NCBI GenBank assembly: GCA_051313645.2
Contig: JBNRSN020000009.1
Location: 152,582,001 to 152,646,000, forward strand
DNA length: 64,000 nucleotides
Direction: 5' to 3'
Origin: Centroscyllium fabricii
Taxonomy: Eukaryota
The position numbers and the translations under genes are program-made. This document shows positions 11,976-23,714 of the stretch, piece after piece (within the stretch, counting starts at the first letter, position 1; each line of letters starts with the position of its first letter). A model generated the notes under the pieces. It saw only the letters and a list, made by a program, of their open reading frames with translations. It did no database searches and was not told where the DNA came from.

Positions 11976-12686
11976 TTGTAACACATCGTTTAAGAGATTC
12001 CAAAGATGCATACTCTTTAATCTAACGAAACATCACGTGTTTCGCAGTACAATGGTTATTCTTTCTGATTTGCAATTGTAGTGATGAGGAAGCTGTGCTT
12101 CAGATGGACCAAAGCGAACTTCTACCCTAGTCTCTGGGTTACAACAGTTTAGCTCAGTGCTTTTGATTGTTGAAGAAATCCAAACAGTTCTCCTAGCCTA
12201 TCGATAGGTACGGGTACATGCCAGTCGAGTAAACTTCAAAGTTTGCATGGTTATGGCATGTGGAATTTTAAATATAATTTGTGGAGTCGGGGAACTTGTA
12301 ATGAGGTGTTTGACTAGAGTGCGACGTCTTTACACAACTGAGAAAGGGAGAGGAGCCCTGTTACCTCTGATGAACACTGGAAGATTGTTTGAGTGCCCTT
12401 ATCAGCAAGGAATATTTTACTGAGGAACGTGGTGCAAGAATGCAAGAGCGGCTGTACCTGTCCTTCAGAAAGGGGTGATCGCAGAAGAATATTTCACTGA
12501 GGAACGTGGTGCAAGAGCGGCTCTACCTGTCCTTCAGAAAGGGGTGATCGCAGAAGACTTCCAGCTGCTGCAGAGCAGCGGTTGAATGTTTGAGACGGTG
12601 ATTTTCCACAGGACAGACCATCATTGTGGAAGAGAAATCCTGTAAGAAGCAGAAAGAGATCTGTAAATCGAAGGATCTGATCTACT

Positions 12687-13347
12687 CCCAGAAACTGAAC
12701 TGGATCAGCCATATAAATACTGTGGCTACAAGAGCAGGCCAGAGGCTGGGAATTCTGCGGCGAGTGTCTCACCTCCTGACTCCCCAAAGCCTTTCCACCA
12801 TCTACAAGGCACCAGTCAGGAGTGTGATGGAATACTCTCCACTTGCCTGGATGAGTGCAGCTCCAACAACACTCAAGAAGCTCGACACCATTCAGGATAA
12901 AGCAGCCCGCTTAATTGGCACTCCATCCACCACCTTCAACATTCACTCCCTCCACCACCGGCGCACTGTGGCTGCAGTGTGTACCATCTACAAGATGCAC
13001 TGCAGCAACTCGCCAAAGCTCCTTCAACAGCACCTTCCAAACCCACGACCTCTACCACTTAGAAGGACAAGGGCAGCAGACGCATGGGAACATCACCACC
13101 TACAAGTTCCCCTCCAAGCCACACACCATCCTGACTTGGACCTGTATCGCCGCTCCTTCACTGTCGCTGGGCCAAAATCCTGGAACTCCCTTCCTAACAA
13201 CATTGTGGGTGTACCTACACCATATGGACTGCAGCAGTTCAAGAAGGCAGCTCACCGCCATCTTCTCAAGGGCAATTAGGGATGGGCACTAAATGCAGGC
13301 CTATCCAGCCAGCGACGCCCACATCCCATCAATGAATTAAAAAAAAG
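12687..13347 (+). mobile_element. RTE-X-like LINE 3' fragment
   Basis: KLNWISHINTVATRAGQRLGILRR...VRSVMEYSPLAWMSAAPTTLKKLDTIQDKAARLIG; tail gggcaattagggatgggc...gacgcccacatccc followed by an A-run. Confidence 0.8.
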
Positions 13348-13401
13348 TTCAGCTTTTGTTAGGAGTTTGGTCTTGTTCCTTGTCTGTTGTACTTGTTGAT
13401 G

Positions 13402-13545
13402 ATTGTAAGAAGTCACACAACACCAGGTTATAGTCCAACAGTTTTATTTGAAATCACAAGCTTTCGGAGCGCTGCTCCTTCCTTAGGTGAAGTGACGAGA
13501 TTCATTTAAACATAGCATATATATATATATATATAGAGAGAGAGA
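13402..13545 (-). mobile_element. Penelope pLTR fragment with hammerhead-like motif
   Basis: Same pLTR as 6744-6860; 11-bp TSD acttgttgatg; core reads CUAAGGA (mutated). Confidence 0.75.
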
Positions 13546-13593
13546 ACTTGTTGATGGTATAATGCTGAAGATCAAGCAGAAGATTAGTAGCTA

Positions 13594-13934
13594 CAGGTAC
13601 AGAGTCCCTTATCCGAAACCTGTGGGACTGGACGGGTCTCGGTTTTGGGGATTTTTCGGATGGTGCCCAGTGCGCATGCGCAGATCACATGCGCATGTGC
13701 ATTGCCGTGTTGGCGGCCCAGTGCGCAGGCTGAAACGGTGGAAGATTGTGGGCTCGGGGAGGAATTGGACGCGTAAGTCCATTTTTTTACCTTGGTAAGC
13801 TCGACTTTCTTGTTAATTTTACTTTTATCGCTGGATTATATTGAATTGGCTTTCAAAACGGGTCAGTTTTGGCGCAACTCGGGTTTTCGGAGGTTTTGGG
13901 TTTTGGGATGTGCGGTTAAGGGATTGTGTACCTG
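13594..13934. mobile_element. Tigger-like MITE
   Basis: TIR caggtacagagtccctta/taagggattgtgtacctg, TA TSD. Confidence 0.75.
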
Positions 13935-13977
13935 TATTTGAGGAAATAGCTTGGGATGCCTAGAAGTTTGACTAATA

Positions 13978-14507
13978 CAGGTTGTGCACCATTAATCCGC
14001 CACGGGCGGAACCAGGCACGTGCCGGGAAACAGAAAAAACCGGGAGAACGAGGTTGGACACTGCGCATGCGCACCATTCAAAATGGCCACGCGCATGCGC
14101 ACAACATTGGGATTGGCTGGCGCGCGCATGCGCAGATCGGGCACAGGTCCGCGTTCCCTCTCGATCGCCTTTCAGGTTGCTGCTGCCGCCGAGCCGGACT
14201 CAACTGACAGCTGTTGCCTAGTGACTGTCCGCCTCAGTCACGGGGCTCAGCTGTCGGGAAAATAACCGGCGGCCGTATTGAATTATCTGCGCATGCGCTA
14301 ACCGTCCGGCGACGCATGCGCAGATCATTCAAAACACCCGCAGCTGTCTTGAATGATCTGCGCATGCGCTCGGCGCATGCGCAGATCATTCGCCGAAGCC
14401 ACGATGGCGGCGGCCATCTTGCACATGCGCAGTGCAGTCGGGGCAATTTGTGCCGGCAGACTGAAGCTGCCGGCTATTCGGGACACGGATTTTCGGTGCA
14501 CAACCTG
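13978..14507. mobile_element. Tigger-like MITE rich in GCGCATGCGC palindromes
   Basis: TIR caggttgtgcacc/ggtgcacaacctg, TA TSD; termini homologous to 25662-26354 in opposite orientation. Confidence 0.85.
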
Positions 14508-15454
14508 TATTACTATATACGGCACAGAGATAAAGCTGCAGTTATTTGCTTCATTATTGGACGCGCTCCGGGTTGGTACGGTGCCGTTGGGATTGATGCC
14601 CAAGAAATCCCAAGACCCTGTGACCTGTAATGAAGTGCCTGTATTATGATCTGGTAGGAAGTAGGATATATGGGTAGCTATAGAAAGAGCAGTCAAGTGC
14701 AATACATGGGGTGATTGTGGGCGCAGAAGTTGTTGATACAGGAGATATGCAAACAATTTGAGAAAGTAGAAGTAAATGGGGGGGGGGGAAGAGAGGAAAG
14801 GGGCAAGGTGGATGAGAGGGGCTCGGATGATTTAGCAAAACACAGGTTGGGATGGAATAGAGGATGTGAAGCTTTCATAGCCAGCCATATGAATGTCTGA
14901 GGCAAGTCAGGATTTGCTTAAAACGTACTAGCCATATCTCTGAACCTATCCATGTAGGGTTGAGTAATCTTGGATGAGACTTCTATGACTGTAGGGGACC
15001 ACTCAGCCAGATCTTTTGAGGCCTTGCCCTAATCCTCTACGATGTTCCCATAAACCTGAGGCACGACTAAAGTTTGAATGTCATGATTGGTAGCTACGGG
15101 GTGTAAAAGTTCCTGTAAAGGGAAACAAATTTGTATCTGCAGGAGGGAAGAGGAAGTAAGCCCTCTGGGGTGAGGCTACAACTATGTCTGACCTTGTGCT
15201 CACCGGACATCCGCACGCACAGTTTCTAGAAGGGGTCACTGAGCTGGAATTGAGAGCCGGAATCTGACTGATTTTTCCTCTCCATGAGTGCCGCGGCCAG
15301 TTGTAGCGCCTGACCCTCTGCCCAGGCGGTGATCAGCCAGCCCAGCGCAGCAACAAGCTTGGGAAAGGTTTAAACTGTCATTTCAACCTCGTCTGCTGTG
15401 AGCTCCCAGTCTTTGTGTGATTGCGTATGTTGTTCTTTGTATGTTACACTCCAG

Positions 15455-15637
15455 AGTGTCCAGGATCTACAGAAGAAGGTTATGACAGTGAAGATTCGGA
15501 CATCAGCAGTATTGAGAGCATCGACAATGACTCGATTACAGACGGCAATCGTGCATTCCGCTCTCAAAAGGAAATATGTCAACAGCTCAACATCAATCAC
15601 ATGCTTCAGCGCATCTTTCTTATTACACTCGATAACA
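15455..15637 (+). CDS. UBE4A: UBE4A coding exon 2
   Basis: ccag|AG...A|gtgagt; encodes [16 protein letters not shown]...[27 protein letters not shown]; phases 1/1. Confidence 0.95.
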
Positions 15638-16077
15638 GTGAGTATCCAGCATGTTTATATTTTTTTGTTATAAATATTACGCTCCTCGAGGTGAGGGATG
15701 TTAATGCTGACGAATGGAACAATTTGAATTTCACGCACCAGTGGCAGTACCAAACATTATTAGGCTAGGTATATTGTGGGTTAGATGCAGAGTAAAGCTC
15801 CTCCACTCTGTCCCAGCAACATGCTTCAGCTCCAATCCTCAGACGCGCATCCACTACTGCACCGGTGTTATATTTTCCATTTCTGACACCAGCCATTATG
15901 AGCGCTCGCTGACTGAGGCTGCTGGTTTAGTGGCGAGTTAGGGGCACTTTTGTGCTGTGGACCCGTGACCACTAGGACCAGCATGTTTTGAAGGTTGAGA
16001 AGTTCACGATCCTGAAGCCCTAAATAAATTCCTTGCTGTGCAGAAATTCTCCCGCTAGGTTTTGACTTTGAAGTGTT

Positions 16078-16510
16078 GGTCGTGGCTCAGTGGGTAGCAC
16101 CCTTGCCTCTGGGTCAGCAGGTTGTGGGTTCGTGCCTCACTCCAGAGACTGGGGCACAAAAATCTAGCCTGACACTCCAGTGCAGTACTGAGGGAGGTGC
16201 TGTCTTTTGGATGAGACACTAAACCAACCATCTGCCCCCTCAGGTAGTTTTAAAGATCCCATGGCATTATTTTGAAGAAGAGCAGGGGAGTTCTCCCTGG
16301 TGTCCTGGCCAATATTTATCCCTCGGTCAGCATCACTAACCGATTATCTGGTCATTATCACATTGTGGGAGTTTGCTGTGCACAAATTGGCTGCCACATT
16401 TCCTACATTACAACAGTGACTACACTTCAAAAACTACTTCATTGGCTGTAAAGTGCTTTGAGGCGTCCGGTGGTCGTGAAAGGTGCTACATAAATGTAAG
16501 TCTTTTCTTT
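16078..16510 (+). mobile_element. Deu-domain SINE, near full length
   Basis: gtggctcagtgggtagc head, Deu core, tail gctacataaatgtaagtc. Confidence 0.85.
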
Positions 16511-16779
16511 CTTACTGTCTTGGCTCTCCAGCCTGTGAACTGGGTTTTGGTTTAATGGCTTATTTAGTTATTTTCTTCATTAATCCGAAAGGATATATGT
16601 CTGCTTGTCACCTTGTTCCTCGGCAGTGGGGTGACTATTGCTGTCAATACCTAGTTCAGGTCCAATGCCTCGCAGCATATCTATAATGATACCGGATATC
16701 GAGATCACTCATTCAGAGAGAGCACCTTATGCCGCAGGAATGCTAAACAGAAACGGGAAAACTGTGTATAAATCAGTCT

Positions 16780-16880
16780 AAAATAAAAACGAAGTGCTGG
16801 AAATATTCAGCAGGTCAGGCAGCATCTGTGGAGAGAGGAACAGAGTTGACGTTTCAGGTCGTTGACCTTTCAGTAGAACA
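16780..16880 (-). mobile_element. Penelope family-2 pLTR fragment with hammerhead-like motif
   Basis: Reverse complement GUU-CUACUGA-aAGGUC aac GACCU-GAAA-CG-UC-AAC...cacagatgctgcctgacctgctg; homologous to 39370-39460. Confidence 0.7.
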
Positions 16881-17490
16881 GTAAATGAGTCTGTCTGGCT
16901 TTGTCTAATCTCAGTTTAAAAAAAATAAAAAATTGAGACATGCCATATGGTAAGTATAGCATGCTTGGCTTGGACCCAAGCTCTCCTCCACTGGGTTTTC
17001 CTCATGTCACGCTGGCTCTGTTGTAGACTAATTGATAGAGATTGAGTGCTATGATTAGTCAAAGTTCCATTATCTGTGCATCACGTGACTACCAGGATGG
17101 TAGATGGCGAACTAGATGGACCGTGGTCATTTTTCATCTAGCAATTCCCATCTTCCTTAGAAGATTGGGGAAATGCAGCACTGCAACTTTTAAAAGTATA
17201 TACTTTTAAAATATATATTTAATAAAAATTCATCCAGATGAGCAAAAGAGATTCTTTCCAAAGTCTGAAACAGTTTGTTACTTTTTAGTGTTGCGCTTGA
17301 CCTGCCTATTCCATCCTGCGAATGCTCTTTATTATTACTGTAATTTTTTACTACTTCCTCCTTCTCCCCAGTGCACTTAAACTGTAGCAATTATGTTTGC
17401 CTAAGTCGACTATACAAGGTTTGTAGCTCAGCTCCGACTTCTGATGAATGACATTCATATATTGAGGTATTCTGGATGGTGTGTTTGTAG

Positions 17491-17603
17491 GTGACCCCAG
17501 TCTGAAAGGAGGGAATGGGATTCCACCGCGCTGTGTTTTCTTGGAGGATATGGCCACAGACCTGGATGGACAGGACTGGCTTGACATGAACAACGTGGAA
17601 CAG
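17491..17603 (+). CDS. UBE4A: UBE4A coding exon 3
   Basis: tgtag|GT...CAG|gtatta; encodes [38 protein letters not shown]. Not in the ORF track; translated by hand. Confidence 0.95.
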
Positions 17604-17734
17604 GTATTAATGCTTTCAAATGGCTGAAATCCTTTTTATTGCCTGGGAGATATGTTTTTAATTTGTGTTAAAGTTCTTCTGTGGGTACCCTGGTGCCCTA
17701 ATGGATCACGTCTCTGTAGCTCTGTAATGTAGAA

Positions 17735-18058
17735 CAGGTTGAGCACCGGTAATCCGGCACCCTCGGAACCAGGCCGGTGCCGGATCATTGAAAATTCTGA
17801 ACTACTCGAGGTTCGGGAGGAACGCACGGGTAGAACACTCCCCGGAGCCCGCAGGTAGAACACTCCCCGGGAGGGCGCCCGGGGATAAAACACTTAAAGA
17901 ATCTAAAAAAGCAGCAACCCAAACGCCCGACGCTTTCCGCGCTCATCCACCCTTCGTGGGAAACGGTGGTGCTGCCGAGCGGCTGCTCTGCAAAATGAAG
18001 AGCGCCGGTTTCGATTCGTGCTGGACCATTGGGTGCCGGATTACCGGTGCTGAACCTG
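17735..18058. mobile_element. Tigger-like MITE (same family as 2336)
   Basis: Shared TIRs and interior. Confidence 0.85.
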
Positions 18059-18101
18059 TATTAAGCTGTATTAAGCCATATAGCCCAGAAGGACGCAGGC
18101 T

Positions 18102-18665
18102 TGTAGCACCTGATGTCGAAGTTCGAGCAAGACTCAGACGCACGGGAACTGGCAAACAATACTTTTTTACTTGTCGCAAGGGGAGAGGAGTACAAGCAAT
18201 GGTTGATACTACCAACTCCGCCGATCGCTTACAAAAGGCTCATATTTATACATAGGAGTAAACAAGTTCCAGATAAATACATGGATATTATATCATTGGG
18301 TTAGCAACACTAATTTCAAGAAAACAACTTGCATTAAACAAAGTCTATTCTCTTAATTCCGCTTCTTATCTCTACTAGTCTAACCATCTGGGTCCCACGT
18401 TCCGGTCTTGTCTTACTGCAGCATTTGCCTTTCTGAAGTGCTGAATTATAATTGCATAGCTAGTTAACCATATCCTGCAATGATTCAATCTTCTTGTCTA
18501 ACAGTCAAGCCCTCGTGACCTTTATTCTTCTTTAATACTAAACCACAGGTCAAAGAGCAGGTGTCCTTCTTACTGAGTTTGCAAACTGCCAATTTCTGCT
18601 ATGCTTGCACGTTGCGAAGCCATTTTGTTAGCCAGTTCGTTGGCCATTTTATTTACACTTCCACA
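18102..18665 (-). mobile_element. Retroviral 3' LTR
   Basis: On -: PPT AAAAGGGGGGGAGAA (18666-18680), then TGTGG...; TATAAA near 18250; AGTAAA near 18168; ends ...GCTACA at 18102. Confidence 0.75.
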
Positions 18666-18706
18666 TTCTCCCCCCCTTTTGTCCTTCTCAAGGACAATCT
18701 TTAAAT

Positions 18707-19230
18707 TTAAACCTCAATTTTGTTCAATCGTTCTATCTCCTCTTCTGGACTTTTAATTTCCATCTGGACCATCAGCTTCGCAGGCCCTAGCTTGGTTAAC
18801 ATTTGACCCATGTTATTACAACAGCATTTAAGCACAGCCAGAGTTAGGAAGATACTAATTATTATTACCACTAGCCAAATTAGTCCATTAACTAGCCAAT
18901 CCCACCAACTCCCCATGGCCCAATTGCCAAAATAGTCTCCCCATCCCTGATTCTCACGTGCTTTCTTTCCACTTTCTCTTATCTTGTCTATAAGACTGTA
19001 TATCTCTTCTGAGTTAGCAGGGATATAAGTTTAACATGCAGGTCCTATTATAGTGCATGTCCCTCCTTGTTCTGTTAGTAAGTAGTCAAGTGCCATTCTG
19101 TTCTGCAGGGCAACTGCCCTGATGGCCACCATTTTGTCGGTTAGCAACTGGTTGGCTCTAGCATTATCATTGGCTACCTTCTCTAGTAGTTGGTTCATTA
19201 CCTAAGTTTCCCTTATTGTTCAGTGTATTC
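18707..19230 (-). pseudogene. env: Endogenous retrovirus env TM subunit remnant (gamma-type env)
   Basis: One frame: heptad repeat, ISD LQNRMALDYLL (19076-19108), CTIIGPAC* (CX6CC with the last C replaced by a stop), Trp-rich region, TM helix LIWLVVIIISIFLTLAVL, CCC and cytoplasmic tail; two in-frame stops. Confidence 0.88.
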
Positions 19231-19235
19231 CATGG

Positions 19236-20624
19236 TGGATAAAGGGGAACCAGTGGATGTAGTGTATTTAGACTTCCAAAAGGCATGTGACAAGGTGCCA
19301 CACAAAAGATTATTACTCAAGATAAAGAAATCACGGGGTCGGGGGTAATATTCTGGCATGGGTGGAGGATTGGCTTTCTAACAGAAAACAGAGTTGGGAT
19401 AAATGGTTCGTTCTCAGACTGGCAGTCAGTCACTAGTGGTGTTCCGCAAGGGTCGGTGCTGGGACCCCAACTCTTTACAATCTATATTAATGATTTGGAG
19501 GAAGGGACCAAGTGCAACATATCAAAGTTTGCGGATGACACAAAGATGGGAGGGAGGGTGATGAGTGAGGAGGACATTAAAAACTTGCAAAAGGACCTAG
19601 ATAGGCTAAGTGAGTGGGCAGAGATTTGGCAGATGGAGTATAATACTGGAAAGTGTGAAGTTATGCACTTTGGCAGGAAAAATAATAGAGCGAGTTATTA
19701 TCTAAATGGAAAGAAACTGGAAAGTACTTCAGTGCAAAGGGATCTGGGGGTCCTGGTGCAGGAAATACAAAATGTTAATATGCAGGTGCAGCAGGTGGTC
19801 AGGAAGGCCAATGGAATGTTGGCTTTTATTGCTAAGGGGATTGAGTATAAAAGCAGGGAGGTCTTGCTGCAGTTGTACAGGGTATTGGTGAGACCACACC
19901 TGGAATACTGCGTGCAGTTCTGGTATCCATATTTAAGAAAGGACATACTTGCTCTCGAGGCAGTGCAAAGAAGGTTCACGAGGTTAATTCCGGGGATGAG
20001 GGGGCTGACATATGACGAGAGGTTGAGTAGATTGGGCCTCTACTCATTGGAGTTCAGAAGAATGAGAGGCGATCTTATTGAAACATATAAGATTGTGAGA
20101 GGGCTTGATCGGGTGGATGATGTTCCCAATGGTGCGTGAAACTAGGTCTAGGGGGCATGATCTTAAAATAAGGGGCTGCCATTTCAAAACTGAGATGAGG
20201 AGAAACTTCTTCACTCAGAGGGTGGTGGGGCTGTGGCATTTTCTGCCCCAGAGAGCTGTGGAAGCTACTACGTTGAATAAATTTAAAACCGAGATAGACA
20301 GCTTCCTGGAAGTAAAGGGAATTAGGAGTTCTAGTGAGCGGGCAGGTAAGTGGCCATGAGGCTAGGTTCAGATTGGCCATGTGTTCTCCTGGACCAGTTT
20401 TCGATCGCCTAGATGGGTTGGAGAGGAAGTTCCCAGATTTTTTCTCCCAAATTGGCCACTGGGTTTTTTATCTGGTTTTTCGCCTCTCCCGGGTGATCAC
20501 ATGGGTTTGGGCGGGATGGAGGGTAAAAATAAAATTGAGGTTAGGATCAGATCAGCCATGATCTTGTTGAATGGTGGAGCGGGGCCGATTGGCCGACTCC
20601 TGCTCCTATTTCTTATGTTCTTAT
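19236..20624 (+). mobile_element. CR1 (HER1-like) LINE, 5'-truncated, with long 3' UTR
   Basis: RT motifs [34 protein letters not shown]; tail ending ttcttatgttcttat. Confidence 0.92.
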
Positions 20625-21254
20625 AACCTACTCTCAGTCAAGATACAGAACTTATTGTAATGTGGATTTGCAGTTGCCACTTAAAGTTTGTGTGTTCCAT
20701 GACTCTGTTCTGTTAATTAATGTTTCCACATCTGTAATTTAACAATTGGCAGCCATCCAAAGTCTGCAAGTACTGTGCCACCTCTCAGAATTGGATTCCT
20801 TTTGGAAAAAACTGCTCGATAAAACTGCTCGATAAGCATTTGCTGCTTAAATTGATGGACAGTTAAATCACAAAAACACATCTAGATCTTGAATCTGGAA
20901 ATTCACAAATTGCAGGTCACAAATAGAACAATTCGGTACTCCATCAGGACCTGATGCATTTATCGGAAGTCAGTGACGGAATTCATTGCAGCACAGAAGG
21001 CAGACATTCGGCCCATCGTGCCTGTGCTGGCTCTTTGAAAGAGCAGTCGTGCTCAGTCCCACTTCCCCGCCTTCTGTCCGTAACCCTGGAAGTTCCTCAT
21101 CCTCGAGTACTTCTCCAATTCTGTTTTTAAAATTATTTATGGAATCCGCTTCCACCACCTTTTCAGGTGGAGCGATCCAGATCCTGGGAACTGAGTGAAA
21201 GAATTTCTCCTCCTCTCCCCTCTAGATCTTTCTCCAATGATCTGCAGAAATCTT

Positions 21255-22014
21255 GGCCCAGAAATTCGGGGCCCAACGCGCGAGTACGGACGGTGTACTC
21301 ACGCGTGGGCCCCTCGGAATTGCCGGTTTCCGGCATGCACCGCGCATGCGCGCGAAACCGGCAATTCCGATCCCCTGACAGAAGGGGTCAGGAGCCAGAG
21401 CGCGTTCGTTGGCCTGCGCAGCAGGAGGTACACAGTGCACTTCCGATTTTTCACAGGTTTGTATCAGGGTAAGTATTTCAAATATTTACAGCTGATATTT
21501 TCAAGCGCAAGGTGTGGATTTCATCAGGTAAGTCTTTATTTTATTCAATTTAAGCATTTTTTTCCACAAGTTTTTCATTTTTTTAAACTTTAAGGAAAGG
21601 TAAGTTGATTTGTAGCCCCGTTAAATACTTTAAATATTTTTTTCAACATTTTAAAATTTTGTTTAAAATAGCTAATTTAGGTCATTGATACAGGTAGTCA
21701 TTTTTTTAAATGTGAGTTTAAAAAAAAATGTATTTGAAGATTTAGTGTGGTTTTGGGGTTGTAGTATTCATAAGTTTGACTGGTCTTCCTGTCAAACTTA
21801 TGAATGGAGCATTCTTTGCTCTGATTGGCTCCCCGCGTGATCCCGCGGGAAGCTTCCCACTAACGTTCAGTTGCATCAGTGCAGCGCGCCAGCCTTGCAG
21901 CAGGCCTCTGGATCGGGATTTCAAGTGGGTGAAATCAAGAACGGCAGGCGCAGTCCATAAGTGCACTTTGGAGGCTTGCACACGCGGCAAGCCTCCGACC
22001 CTAATTTCTGGCCC
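21255..22014. mobile_element. PIF/Harbinger-like MITE
   Basis: TIR ggcccagaaatt/aatttctggccc, shared with 36832, 38467 and 48327. Confidence 0.65.
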
Positions 22015-22109
22015 AAAAAAGTTTCCTCGTTAGCAATTAGTACAGTTCAGTTGCCTGATAATGAACGTTAAATTCTGATTTATTTTTTATTATCAGGCAA
22101 CTGAAAGGG

Positions 22110-22494
22110 TAGAAACTAGGAGCAGGAGTAGGCCATTCGGCCCTTCGAGCCTGCTCCGCCATTCAATGAGATCATGGCTGATCATCCAAACCCAGCACCC
22201 TGTCCCTACCTTGTCCCCATATCCCTCAATCCCTATTGAGATTTCATCGACACATATCCCACCCTATCCCCGCAACCCCACCTATTCAATCCCCCTAACA
22301 CTAAGGGTCAATTTATCCTGGCCAATCAACCTAACCCGCACATCTTTGGACTGTGGGAGGAAACCGGAGCACCCGGAGGAAACCCACGCAGACTCGGGGA
22401 GAATGTACAAACTCCACACAGATAGTACCCGAGGCTGGATTTGAACCCGGGTCTCCAGTGCTGTGAGACAACAATGCTTGCCACCGTGCCGCCC
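22110..22494 (-). mobile_element. HE1-like V-SINE
   Basis: Reverse complement of the 8893-type element. Confidence 0.9.
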
Positions 22495-22921
22495 ACGAGG
22501 TTCCTGAAGCAGCTTACAGTTGAACAAAACCTATTAAAAATAATCAGAACTTAAAAGTACATAAATAGGTTTTGTTCACTGGTGCAGAGACTTGCAAGTT
22601 TTTTGGGTTTTTTTACGCTGAGACTTTAGAAATCCTGATTAAAGTATAAAATGTTTCCTAGTTAGCATTTAGTACAGTTCAGTTACCTGTCTACTGGCAG
22701 TATGCTATCTAGAGACAGCATCTTTTCAAGCTATATTTAGCACGTTGACTATTGAGCAACATTGTGAGCTTTTTGCCTTTTACTTGTGGATGGGTAATTC
22801 GAAACAGTGGGAGCAAATGAGCAATGATTTTGGACTTGGAATCATGTATTCGATTGGGGCTTGAATGCATCTATCTGAAGTCGATGATGATGAAGTTCTG
22901 ATTGTGGTTTACTTTTAATAG

Positions 22922-23074
22922 GCTTTGTTCAATCGGATGCTGATTCAGGAACCAGGGGCTCGCTTGATCTGCATGACAACAGGGAACATTATTAATATGA
23001 CAGCCGATCGAGATGCTGGAGAGAAGGACATCATTAGATACCTGTTTGCTTGTTTTCAAAGAGTAAAAGGAGAG
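22922..23074 (+). CDS. UBE4A: UBE4A coding exon 4
   Basis: aatag|GCT...GAG|gtatgt; encodes ALFNRMLIQEPG...ADRDAGEKDIIRYLFACFQRVKGE; phase 0/0. Confidence 0.95.
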
Positions 23075-23554
23075 GTATGTACGTCTGAGGGCCCTGCCAT
23101 TGTCTAGATAATGCTTATGGGTTGATTATTTTTTAGTCAGGTTTTTCTCCTTTCATCTTCTGCTAGCGTATGAACCCATGGGCGCAGGAACCTTCCTTTC
23201 CGTCGTTCAACTAACCATTCTTCATGTGTGTGCCTAGACAGTGAGTATTGGCAGAATTTTCAATGAGAGGGGTGTCACATTCCAACCCTGGCCTCACTGA
23301 CTGCCTCAGCTTACACATGAAGGCAGCCACGGTACTTGAGGCCACCTTTCGCCTATGGAACTGTAGCCCAGTAAGGAGACTGCATCTTTAAAGAGGTGAG
23401 AAAATTGATGATGGGGGGAAAAATTAAAGTTGTAAGTTCTCTCAATCTGTGAGCTAAGATATGCGCTAGTGCTATCATTTAGTGTGTTGAAAAATGTTGG
23501 ACGATCAAAGTCCTTTCTCTATCCCACAATTTATGAAATATATTTCTTCAACAG

Positions 23555-23714
23555 ATTACGAAGGTCCCAGAAAACCTGCTGACTTATGCAGTTCGATGCA
23601 AGGTCCTGACTATATCTAATGCGCATACGGTCCTCCTCACACCCGAGATCTACATCAATCAGAATGTCTATGAACAAGTAGTTGATTTGCTTCTTGAAGG
23701 AGTAAGTGGACCAC
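23555..23714 (+). CDS. UBE4A: UBE4A coding exon 5
   Basis: aacag|ATT...C|gtaagt; encodes [53 protein letters not shown]. Confidence 0.95.

Noticed and set aside
19456-20139. Reverse transcriptase ORFs as intact genes (also 27132, 27710, 28509, 29363, 58391-62954)
   Set aside because: Truncated or frameshifted CR1 fragments; none encodes a full ORF2.
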